A DNA stretch of 63,366 bases, the filler included, from Octopus bimaculoides (lineage: Eukaryota): the NCBI RefSeq assembly GCF_001194135.2. It is 4 parts of 4 records of this genome, joined end to end, with 100 filler letters (N's around TTAATTAATTAA, not from the genome) between each part and the next. Parts side by side here need not be neighbours in the genome. Positions count along the whole stretch, not along the records: positions 1 to 17,909 come from NC_069006.1; positions 18,010 to 35,848 come from NC_068985.1; 2 more parts are not named here. One strand, written 5' to 3'. Of the stretch, positions 10,961 through 21,769 are shown in pieces (position 1 is the first letter of the stretch; each line of letters opens with the position of its first letter). Position numbers and translations under genes: made by a program. Below the pieces are notes generated by a model, which searched no databases, had not been told where the DNA came from, and saw only the letters and a list, made by a program, of their open reading frames with translations.

Positions 10961-12894
10961 ACCTTAGCCCTGTGTGTGTGTGTGTGTTTGGGATTAGCCC
11001 CTGTGTTTAGGATTAACACTGCATAGTACAACCCTTCTCTCCTCTTCCCAACAGTCAGAGGCAATAATATCTGCATTAGTGTGATAATGTAATTTCAGGA
11101 TTACGATATGTAATAAAAAGGAGTGGTGGAGTGGGTCTGGCGAGTAGGACCGTGTGGCTCTCATAAGAGTTATGGCTGGGTATGAGTTAATTATCAATAA
11201 ATGTAATGCAATGACTAATGCGATTAATGAGTTTCGATCTCAGTTCTCCTCTCCCATCTCCCTTCTCCTTTCACACTAACCTTGTTTCTATCAATCTCCT
11301 CTGCTCTCTCTCTCTATCCCTTTCTGTCTCTTGTTTTCTCTCTTATCTCTCTCATTTCTCTCTCTCTCTCTCTCCCTCCGTCTCTCTCTCCCTCTCTCCA
11401 GTGTTTACATAGCTTCAAGACCTTTCCTATTTCTTCAAATGTGCCAATGGTCATTATTATCGTATCTGCAGAAATTATTATTTTCGTATCACGGATAACA
11501 TGCTAATTAATCAATAGCTCTGTCACTAAGCTAATCGTTAATTAGCACAGATCAATCACGACAACTTGGGAGCAGACCAATCGATAATTAGAACATATCT
11601 TCAGCAAATTTCATTGGATTTCACTTCATCTTCTCTGACAGAATACCATTCTCTCTCTCTCTTCTATTTTTCTGCCTGTCTCCCTCCCTTACTCTCTCTG
11701 TCTCCCTTCTCTCTGTCTGTTTCTCTCTCTCTCCCCATGCCTACAGGTTTGTGTAACTATCTGTACATGTGCATCTTTGTGTGTGTTTATGTATGTGTGT
11801 GTGTGTGTGGCAGTTGAAAAACAAAGCTTCCGCCAGGTTGAGGTTTTCATATAGAAACACACTGTCTTGGTTACTGGTCTATTCACTTTCTTGTTCCCAA
11901 CCACCTCCACCAGACCCATACAATGTGAAAGTGAGAGACACCTGTTAATTAGTTGATTACATTATGACTACACAGCCTACTTTCACTTTGACAACAATTC
12001 GTTTCCTTTGACAACAATTTGCTCGAGTTATACATTCTAACATCTGTTATATGGATGTATATGTTTGTATACAATCCTGTGTATGTCTATATATGTGTTG
12101 TTTTCTTATCAGTTATTTCAGGCAGTTGTCCAACCAATTGTCCACATTTTCTTGCAATAATTGTCCTCATATCCCTAGCAATTTTTCACATATTCAGAGC
12201 AGTTGTCCATGTCTCTAGCAGTTGTCCTCATGTCTCTAGCAATTTGTCCACATGTTTCTGACATCTTCAGACTCTTTAAGACTTGTTTAAAGACGAGTTT
12301 GATTGCAGATCTGACCCAGACACATGCAACAGTGTAGATCCTGTTAAAGACAACCAAGGGTCAGTTTAGTGGTGTTGACAACCTGGTAGAGGATTAATTC
12401 CACAATCCAAGAACAGTAATTGTCCCTTCAGTAGGCTTCGTGGACCACATGTCACAAGTTACTTACCAAAGTCACCACACGGTTTGGACTTGAACCTGAC
12501 ACCACCTGAAGCAAACTTCTCAAAATCATGCAGCTGTACCTCTTAGTGTGTATTATTTTGAATGCTTCAGGTAGCAAGTAATCCAGTACAACCTGTTACA
12601 CAGTCATCAGCAACTAAACCAGGAGCGCCACTATGCTTTGCTGGAGAGGAGGGTTCCTAGAAACCCAGCAGGGCAGACCCTAAGTCCCGTCAAAAAGATG
12701 CATAAACCTGGAAATACTTGAAATGGTGACCCCTTTGAGAATAATGGATCTTTTGTAAAGGAGTGAATTGATCATCCTTACCACAGTTATGGGGCCTTAT
12801 GTGTATTGCCCTGATCCCTTGTGAATAAATCCAGGGAGACAGATGACTATGGGAATATACCCTGAGAGAGAGAGAGAGAGAGAGAGAGAAAAGC

Positions 12895-12948
12895 AAATTG
12901 TGGCAGTTAGCTCTAACATAACTATGTTAGAGCTAACTGCCACAATTT
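12895..12948. repeat. Perfect inverted repeat, 26-bp arms, 2-nt spacer
   Basis: aaattgtggcagttagctctaacata-ac-tatgttagagctaactgccacaattt. Confidence 0.95.
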
Positions 12949-13378
12949 CCCTCAGCTTCCAGCAGCTGAAGAAACCAAAGATCTTGGGCCACCCTTGCCA
13001 TTAGATCTATATTCTTTACAGCAATCACACTGATACTGGGAAACGTGCTCCTCCTATGCCTCTAAGAAGTTTCTTTGCACTGTGGTCCCTTGTCATAGTT
13101 CACCTACTTTAAAATAACATGTGATAACTGTACCTTTATTATTTCAGAATTAATAATGTCTGCACCACACGTTTCTAGCAACTACTCTGAAAATAGTTCT
13201 TGCATTTTGTCAACAGATTTCTTGCAATCGTCCACATATTTTCTAAACTTTTGCTTACATATTTTTAGCAGTTATTTGCATATTTCTAGCAATTGTTTAC
13301 TTATTTTCTGACTTTTGACTATCTATTTATGACAGTTTTCTATATATCTCTAATCATTTTTTTTTCCTTTCATTTCAG

Positions 13379-13421
13379 GCGTCCGATGTGGAATCTGATC
13401 TATTTACGATAAATCATAAAA
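13379..13421 (+). CDS. Candidate 43-nt internal coding exon (ASDVESDLFTINHK + 1 nt)
   Basis: Acceptor tttttttttcctttcatttcag and donor AAA/gtaagt; only the phase-0 frame is open and it ends in phase 1, matching the exon at 17328. Confidence 0.6.
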
Positions 13422-13439
13422 GTAAGTTGACACTAAGAC

Positions 13440-13472
<33 letters not shown>

Positions 13473-13555
13473 TGTCTTTAGCCTGGTCCTTGTCCTGTTT
13501 GGACAACCACCCTATGTAATGTAACCATTTACATTTTCAATTATTATTATTAAGT

Positions 13556-13948
13556 AAGGCGCAGGAGTGGCTGTGTGGTAAGTAGCTTGCTTACCAACTA
13601 CATTGTTCCGGATTCAGTCCCACTGCACGGTACCTTGGGCCAGTGTCTTCTACAATAGCCTCGGGCCGACCAAAGCCTTCTGAGTGGATTTGGTAGACGG
13701 AAACTGAAAGAAGCCTGTCGTATATATGTATGTGTGTGTATATGTTTGTGTGTCTGTGTTTGTCCCCGCAACATCACTTGACATCCGATGCTGGTGTGTT
13801 TAGGTCCCCGTAACTTAGTGGTTCGACAAAAGAGACTGATAGAATAAGTACTAAGCTTACAAAGAATAAGTCCTGGGGTCGATTTGCTTGACTAAAGGCG
13901 GTGCTCCAGCATGGTCACAGTCAAATGACTGAAACAAGTAAAAGAGTA
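13556..13948 (+). mobile_element. SINE family A, near full length
   Basis: aggcgcaggagtggctgtgtggtaag...gactgaaacaagtaaaagag. Confidence 0.9.
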
Positions 13949-14185
13949 AGGTGGCAAGTTGGCAGTATAATTAGCATGATGGACAATATACTTTGGTGGC
14001 ATTTCGTTTGTCTTCATTTTGTGAGTTCAAATTCCACCAAAGCCAACTTTGCCTTTTATCTTTTCTGGGTTGATGAAATAAGTACCAGTTGAACACTGGG
14101 GTCAGTGTAATCAACTCGCCCCACCCTCCCCCAAATTTCAGGCTTTGTGTCTATTGTAAAAAGGATTATTATTATTGTTGTTGTT
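13949..14185 (+). mobile_element. SINE family C directly after the family A tail
   Basis: aaggtggcaagttggcag...gagttcaaattcc...gtaaaaaggattattatt. Confidence 0.8.
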
Positions 14186-15309
14186 AAGGCATTAATATAA
14201 CAATCATTGGAGCAGTGATCCACATGATCCCTGGGTGGGGTCCATAAAAGATTTTGTTAGTAAAATTTATGTGCAATAAATTGGTTGTACTTTCACAATA
14301 CACAAAATATTTTAATACTTTGATATAATTCCTTCTAATATTTAATTATAAGGTGCCATGCAGTGGGACTGAACTCAGAACCATGTAGTTGGAAAGCAAG
14401 CTTCTTAACTTTTGGCTTGCCTCTATTCTTCAATTGCATCCTGTCTTCATAACACCCACTGCAGTTTCACCATCGCCACCTACCTCTACTCTAGCTACCT
14501 TTGCTTATCCATTCTACTGGCACCTAACTGTACCATCCACTATAGCTACGATCCACCACCACCACAACAACAACATTATCACCACAGCTACTTCCTCCCT
14601 ACCACACATTGTCAGCTGTGCAACATCACATGTCATACAACTGTTCTTTTGTTGTCTATGAAAGCAGATCTAACCACCACCACCACCCACACCTTACCTG
14701 TACCTCCCCACTCATTTGTTGTCTCCCATACATGAAGTGGGAGGTGTGCGGTGGTGAATGAATCAGTGATAACACACACACACACCTACACACTTTACCC
14801 TGTAATTTGATAGAAGTTTTCTCTCAGCACTTAACTCCCCTTGTCCTAGGCACAACCACCTACTGTTGGTGACCCTCCTTGTTTTGCAAGTGGGATTGTT
14901 GTGAGGTCAGTGTGTGTGTGTGTGTGTGTGTCTTGTTGCCTGACCTAAGGTTATCAGTCTTAAACAGTAACCACTTGCTGCTTGTTTCTATTTTAATTAA
15001 TTCTATCTTATTACACACCCCTGCGCACTACATGTCTGCCCATCCCACACCACCTCTTCACTCATCTGTGTACGTGTGTTGTGTATTTTTCCTGCACTTA
15101 ACATGATGTAATTTGGCTGTTAAAAAAGAAAAGATAAAAAGAAAAAATCTTGAACTGAGCTTATATCTGTGAAAGGGAAAGACTGATGATATAATAAATA
15201 TTTGGCCTCTCTTAGAAATTAGATTTCTATCTGCCAAGAAATAATAGCACCCATACCAGTTCCATGCAGAAAGCACGAATATCAGCGACGCATATAAAGG
15301 ATTCATGTC

Positions 15310-15667
15310 AGTTCCACATACAAGTACCAGTGCCACATATATGCACCCATGTTGGTGCCACATGAAAAGTTCCCATGCTGGTGCTACATAAAAGCACTTG
15401 CATCGGTGCTAAGTAAAAAGCAGTTGTGCCAGGGAGTCACATAAAAAGCACTTGTGCTAGTGCCGCATAAACAACACCCATGCCAGTGCCATTTAATAAG
15501 CTCCTGTGCTGGTGCCACATAAAAAGTACCCAATACGCTCTGTAAAGTGGTTGGCGTTAGGAAGGGCATCCAGCTGTAGAAACTCATGTCAAAACAGACA
15601 AATGGAGCTTGGAGCAGCTCTCCCATTGGCCAGCATGGAAAACCAATGTTAACTGATGATGATGACG
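15310..15667 (+). mobile_element. RTE-type 3' UTR with a degenerate tandem unit
   Basis: Repeats of gctggtgccacataaaaagc, then ggaagggcatccagctgtagaaa and a (gat)n tail. Confidence 0.7.
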
Positions 15668-15814
15668 TTTGGTGAATGGATAGCAGAATTAGTAGAGCAT
15701 CAGACACTTTGTGTTCAGTTTTGTATTTTTAAGTTCAAATTCAAATGCAGGCTCACTTTTTAATTTTTTTATCATTATAAATTACCTTTTTTTTTCTTTT
15801 TGCTGCCTTTTATT

Positions 15815-16170
15815 TTTTTACTTGCTTGTGTTATTGGACTACTGTGACAATGGGGTGCTATCTTGAAAGGTTTTTTTTTCAAATAGATTGATCCCACTAC
15901 TTATTTTTAAAGCCTGTTACTTATTCGGTCAGTCCCTCTTTTGCAAAACCACTAAGTTATAGGGATGTAAACAAACTAGCACTAGTTGTCAAGCAGTAGT
16001 GGGGAAGAAAGATACATATATAGGTGTGTGTGTATGGTGGGCTTCTTTCAGTTTTCATCTACCAAACCCTCTCACAAAGCTCAGTTTGTGCCAGGGTTAT
16101 AGTAGAAGCTACTTACCCATAGTGGCACTGAATCAAGAACCATGTGGTTGGGAAGCAAACTTTCTTAAAA
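15815..16170 (-). mobile_element. SINE family A, diverged
   Basis: Reverse complement of body and head (gaaccatgtggttgggaagcaaac). Confidence 0.75.
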
Positions 16171-16364
16171 CCCCACCAAGGTCAATTTTGTCTTTCATCC
16201 TACATTGTCCAGTGTATCTTTCTTTCCTGAAGGTAATAGGGTACAAATTGAAGGAGATTTGGTTGTTGTATTTAGCAGGTTAAATGACTATATAAAGGCT
16301 GCTTTAATTGACTACTTGTTTGAAGTGGTGATGACGATATGCTGTTATTAATAATCCTGTTTAC

Positions 16365-16500
16365 AATATGTAGAAAGCCCCAAATTTTAGGGGAGGAGAC
16401 TTGTCGATTACATTGACCCCAGTGCCCAGCTAGTACTTATTTCATTGTTCCCAAAGGGATGAAAGGCAAAGTCAACCTCAGCAGTATTTAAACTCAGAAG
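16365..16500 (-). mobile_element. SINE family C fragment
   Basis: gtcgattacattgaccccagtg...gaaaggcaaagtcaacctc...aactcagaa. Confidence 0.75.
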
Positions 16501-16501
16501 A

Positions 16502-17004
16502 TGTTGGCACTCTGTCGCTTACGATGTCGAGGGTCCCAGTCAATCCGATCAGCGGAACAGCCTGCTCGTGAAATTAACATGCAAGTGNNNNNNNNNNNNN
16601 NNNNNNNNNNNNNNNNNNNNNNNNNNNNNNNNNNNNNNNNNNNNNNNNNNNNNNNNNNNNNNNNNNNNNNNNNNNNNNNNNNNNNNNNNNNNNNNNNNNN
16701 NNNNNNNNNNNNNNNNNNNNNNNNNNNNNNNNNNNNNNNNNNNNNNNNNNNNNNNNNNNNNNNNNNNNNNNNNNNNNNNNNNNNNNNNNNNNNNNNNNNN
16801 NNNNNNNNNNNNNNNNNNNNNNNNNNNNNNNNNNNNNNNNNNNNNNNNNNNNNNNNNNNNNNNNNNNNNNNNNNNNNNNNNNNNNNNNNNNNNNNNNNNN
16901 NGTTTTCGTTCAATAAACACTCACAACGCCCGGTCTGGGAATCGAAACCGTGATCCTATGACTGCGAGTCCGCTGCCCTAACCACTGGGCCATTGCACCT
17001 CCAC
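16502..17004 (-). mobile_element. SINE family B spanning a gap
   Basis: Tail before the gap; tRNA-like head (gaatcgaaacc...ccctaaccactgggccattgcacctccac) after it. Confidence 0.85.
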
Positions 17005-17012
17005 AAACTCAG

Positions 17013-17049
<37 letters not shown>

Positions 17050-17054
<5 letters not shown>

Positions 17055-17247
17055 CACCTGTGCAGGGCCATGTAAAAGCACCCAGCACATTCTGTAAGGG
17101 GTTGGGGTTAGGAAGGGCATCCAGCTGTAGAAACCATGCCAAGTCAGACTGGGGTCTGGCGCAGCTCCCCAGCTTACCAGCTCTGGTCAAACTGCCCAAC
17201 CTAATCCAGCATGGACAAGAAGCATTAATTGATGATGATGATGATGA
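17050..17247 (+). mobile_element. RTE-type 3' end
   Basis: ggaagggcatccagctgtagaaacc...ccagcatgga...(gat)n. Confidence 0.7.
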
Positions 17248-17327
17248 AATGCACTAAGTGTTTAGTCTTGTATGCTTACCACCTTATGATGTTATTAATG
17301 ATGATGTGTTCTTTTATGTTTTTGCAG

Positions 17328-17909
17328 GAAACTGTAACCTTGCCACTACCACAACTACAACAACTACTACTACTACTACTACAACGATCACCACCATATG
17401 TGGGGTTATCAGTACCTGCAGTAGCAGTTGTAGTAGCAACAGTAACCGCGTTAGCGGCAGCTGCGTGACTGCAGTGCCGGCTACAACTACCAATACTTTC
17501 AGCACACGCAGCCCGTTGACCGCTGGTAATCCCGCCACCAGCATCACTGCCACGCCCACTGTAGCTGTCATCGCCCATGCAGCCAACTCACCAACAACTC
17601 TAACAAGCAGCTCTGCGATTGCTGCAAGTCCCGGCACTACTTCTAACTCCCCCAGTTGCAGTGTATCTGCCTCGGTCTCTACATCTCAGCCACATAACGC
17701 CACCAACTCTAACAACAACAACAACAACAGCAGCAGCAACAATAACAACAACAACAACAACACATTTCCCACCACAGCTCTTCCACCGACTTTTCCCCAC
17801 CCCACATTCTCGTCCTCAGCCTCATCTGGCACCGTCGCTCACAACTCTCTGCCCAACCATTCCCAGCCACACAACTTAGCCCACAGTACAATACAACAGC
17901 AACAACAAC
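17328..17909 (+). CDS. Candidate coding exon, Thr/Ser/Asn/Gln-rich low-complexity region, cut off by a gap
   Basis: Acceptor cttttatgtttttgcag; phase-1 entry; open ~194 codons (NCNLATTT...STIQQQQQ); GC- and CpG-richer than flanks, with mixed synonymous codons. Confidence 0.7.
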
Positions 17910-18009
17910 NNNNNNNNNNNNNNNNNNNNNNNNNNNNNNNNNNNNNNNNNNNNTTAATTAATTAANNNNNNNNNNNNNNNNNNNNNNNNNNNNNNNNNNN
18001 NNNNNNNNN
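17910..18009. other. Artificial 100-bp join linker
   Basis: 44 N + ttaattaattaa (17954-17965) + 44 N. Confidence 0.95.
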
Positions 18010-18280
18010 TATGATCTTTCTTGCAAGGGAGATCATTCAACTATTTATCTACACACACACACACACACACCATGCACATATAATGTTGGATGGCCGATGA
18101 CTACACATGAGCTGTTCCGCCCTTTGATAGGTCTTATTTTTCGTCGTGCAGGGTGTCCGACAATCATCCTCCTCACCAAGTGAGCTTGGTGGGGTTGCCA
18201 GTTTAGTCGCCGACCATGCAACAGGTTGTACTGTTGTCAGTAGCGCTCAAGATTTACCTCACACACACACACACACATAC

Positions 18281-18372
18281 ACACACATATATATATTAAA
18301 CATATATATATATGTGTATATATATGTATATATGTATGCATATTATATACGGTATGTATTTATACACACACA

Positions 18373-18440
<68 letters not shown>

Positions 18441-18574
18441 GTTCAAAACTTAATGCGTAAAGATAACCCGTGCATTCGATCGTGACACACACATATATAT
18501 TAAACATATATATGTATATATATATGTATATATAAATATGTATATATATATGCATATTATATACGGTATGTATT

Positions 18575-18616
<42 letters not shown>

Positions 18617-18703
18617 CACACGCACACACACACGCACACACACACATATATATATATATAGTTCAAAACTTAATGCGTAAAGATAACGCGCGCGTTCGAT
18701 CGC
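18281..18703. repeat. Tandem duplication, 220-bp period
   Basis: gttcaaaacttaatgcgtaaagataac at 18441 and 18661, each preceded by a matching AT/AC block. Confidence 0.85.
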
Positions 18704-19077
18704 GCGCGCGCGCGTGTATTTAGGCTTATCGATCTTCAATATGGGGAAAATTTACAACCCCTTATGTCAATAAACCACTGTTGTTCCCGAAAGGTGTCTT
18801 TTATACCTTCTACGAACTACTCGAAACTTGTTAACTTCCTACACCTTGATTCTTGGATCTTACGTCGTATATATACAGATCAGAAGATAGTAGTTATGGT
18901 TCTTAGAATAGGTGACGCGTCATCATCTTGAGTAAAACACTTCATTTGCACTTTATTTGAGCGCCAACAATAGTTTTTATAAGGGACAAAAAGTTATATT
19001 CTAGAAAAAAATGGAGAAAATCGTATCCCGCCATAGCCTGACACTGTCTAGCTGTTAGGTTTCGAATCACCGCTACG

Positions 19078-19146
<69 letters not shown>

Positions 19147-19216
19147 GTATACCTACCTCTCTCTCTTTCTCTCTCTCATTCACTCATATACATATATATA
19201 TATATAGGTGAGAAAG

Positions 19217-19248
<32 letters not shown>

Positions 19249-19249
19249 G

Positions 19250-19445
19250 AGAATTTACGAAAAAAACAACAGACGAGGACAGGTGGTGTAAACAACAAAT
19301 GGATGTATTAGTTTAACGCTCGGGAATAGAGAAAGTCTTTAACGTTTCGAGCTACGCTCTTCAACTGAAAGGAACACAAAGAAATAAGGACAGAAACAAG
19401 GAGAAAAAAATATAAATGTAGTGGTCAGCGATCTATCATGGCGAA
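19250..19445 (-). repeat. Short dispersed repeat resembling a Penelope-like terminal fragment
   Basis: Homologous to 40665-40810; minus strand has ttgaagagcgtagctcgaaacgtt. Confidence 0.5.
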
Positions 19446-19568
19446 TATACATATGTATGTATGTGTATATATATATGGATCAAAACAGTTTGATTCAAAT
19501 ACACTATAGTTACTGTGGAGAAAACGTACATATGTATAAATATATATATTATCCAGATATTTATAAGT

Positions 19569-20000
19569 GCAGGTATAAATGGTGTGGTAAGAACTAAGCT
19601 TCTCGACGACATGGTTCCGGGCTCAGTCCCACAAGTGGGCAAATGTCTTCTAATATAGCCTCGGGCCGACCCAAACCTTGTGAGTGAAATTGTTTGACAG
19701 AAACTGAAAAAACAAACAAAAAAAATGCCCGTCATATATATTTTTATGTGTTAGTGTTTCTGCGTGTGTATAAGTGTGTGTGTGTGTGCGCGCGTGTTCC
19801 CTTCATCGCTGCTTGACGACCGGTTTAGGTTTGTCTACGCCCCCGTAATTTAGTTATTCGGCAAAAGAAACAGACAGAATGAGTTCCAGGTTTAAAACAA
19901 ATAAGTACTAAGGTAATTTTTTCTCAACTGAACCCTTCAGGACGGTATCCCTAGATGGGTGCCGCTGTTCAATGACTGACACTTGAAAAGAATACAAGAA
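19569..20000 (+). mobile_element. SINE family A
   Basis: Head, atagcctcgggccgac, central GT repeat and 3' region are colinear with other copies. Confidence 0.8.
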
Positions 20001-20676
20001 CACACACATGCATATAGATAGATCGATAGATGTGTGTACAGATATAAACACATGTTAGGGTGTGAGTGTGCATGTGTGTGTGTGTATACACATACATACA
20101 TACAAACACACACACACACACACACAAACACATACATATATACATACGCCCATATACTCAGGAAAGGAAATATGGACAGCTTGATGAAATACAAATACTT
20201 ACTGTTGAGGCTTTTAAAGATTTTTTTTTTTATAGAAAAGAGGAAGGGAGAAACAACCTTTGTTTCCTGTATTATACAAAATCATATATTTTCCAGTTAT
20301 ATTTATAAATTTTCTTGTTCATAGTTTTTAAACTATGGACTATTTTAAAACACAAGTATCAAGGTTTGTCATAGCATGTTTTCATACATATGTCTTTCAT
20401 CTCCTGTAGATATTTCTATGCGGATAGAGCATGTGTTAGCGCGAACGCTATGCTTGTATATACACGTTAAAATACACATGGATACATACACACACACACA
20501 CATACATACATACATACATACATACATACATACATACACACGCACACACCCATCCATTCATCTATCCATCCATCCATCCATCCATACATACATACAAACA
20601 AACATGCATACACACACTCACACAGATACAACATACATACATATATATATATATTATATTATATTACATTATATTG

Positions 20677-20711
<35 letters not shown>

Positions 20712-20888
20712 NNNNNNNNNNNNNNNNNNNNNNNNNNNNNNNNNNNNNNNNNNNNNNNNNNNNNNNNNNNNNNNNNNNNNNNNNNNNNNNNNNNNNNNNN
20801 NNNNNNNNNNNNNNNNNNNNNNNNNNNNNNNNNNNNNNNNNNNNNNNNNNNNNNNNNNNNNNNNNNNNNNNNNNNNNNNNNNNNNNNN

Positions 20889-21003
20889 GGGCTCAGTTCC
20901 ACTGCATAGCACCTTCGGCAAGTATTTTCTACTGTAGTCTCGGGCCGACCAAAGCCTTGTGAGTGGATTTGGTAGACGGAAACAGAAAAAAACCCCGTCG
21001 TAT

Positions 21004-21047
<44 letters not shown>

Positions 21048-21283
21048 GTTTGTCCCCCACCCCCACCATCACTTGACAAACGATGTTGGTATGTTTCAGT
21101 CATTTGACTGCGGCCATGTTGGAGCACCGTCTTTAGTCGAACAAATCGACCTCAAGACTTATTCTTTGTAAGCCTAGTACTTATTCTATCGGACTCCTTT
21201 GTTGAACTGCCAAGTTACCGGCACGTAAACACACCAATACCGGTTATCAAGCGATGGTGGGGGAACAAACACAGACACATGAA

Positions 21284-21330
<47 letters not shown>

Positions 21331-21391
21331 TCTACCAAATCCGCTCACAAAGCTTTGATCGCCTCGAGGCTATAGTAGAAGATACTTGCCC

Positions 21392-21392
<1 letters not shown>
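20889..21392. mobile_element. Two family A copies in inverted orientation
   Basis: + copy 20889-21095 joins a - copy (21092-21392) at gttt. Confidence 0.8.
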
Positions 21393-21422
<30 letters not shown>

Positions 21423-21469
21423 TGTATGTATGTACAAACATAACGGTAAGTATTCAATATGAACAATAC

Positions 21470-21471
<2 letters not shown>

Positions 21472-21521
<50 letters not shown>

Positions 21522-21735
21522 CCTTTCTACTAAAGGCACAAGGCCTGAAATTTTAGGGGACGGGATAAGTCGATTGCATCGACCTCAGTGTTTCACTGGT
21601 ACCTAATTTTTCGACCCTGAAATGATGAACAGTAAAGTAGACATCGGTGGAATTTGAATTCAGGACGTGAAGATGGACGAAACATCGCTAAGTATTTCGC
21701 CCGGCATGCTAACGATTCTGCCAGCTTACCGTGTT
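21472..21735 (-). mobile_element. SINE family C with tail
   Basis: (aat)n, then cctttctactaaaggcacaaggcc...gctaacgattctgccagct. Confidence 0.85.
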
Positions 21736-21769
21736 AATAATAATAATAATCATAATAATAATAATAATG

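Noticed and set aside
11738-11747. ATGCCTACAG/gtttgt as a start exon
   Set aside because: Its phase-1 donor gives stops in both downstream candidate exons.
12309-12359. Possible exon (ttgattgcag...CAAGG/gtcagt) upstream of 13379
   Set aside because: No frame joins the 13379 exon without a stop; it could only be UTR.
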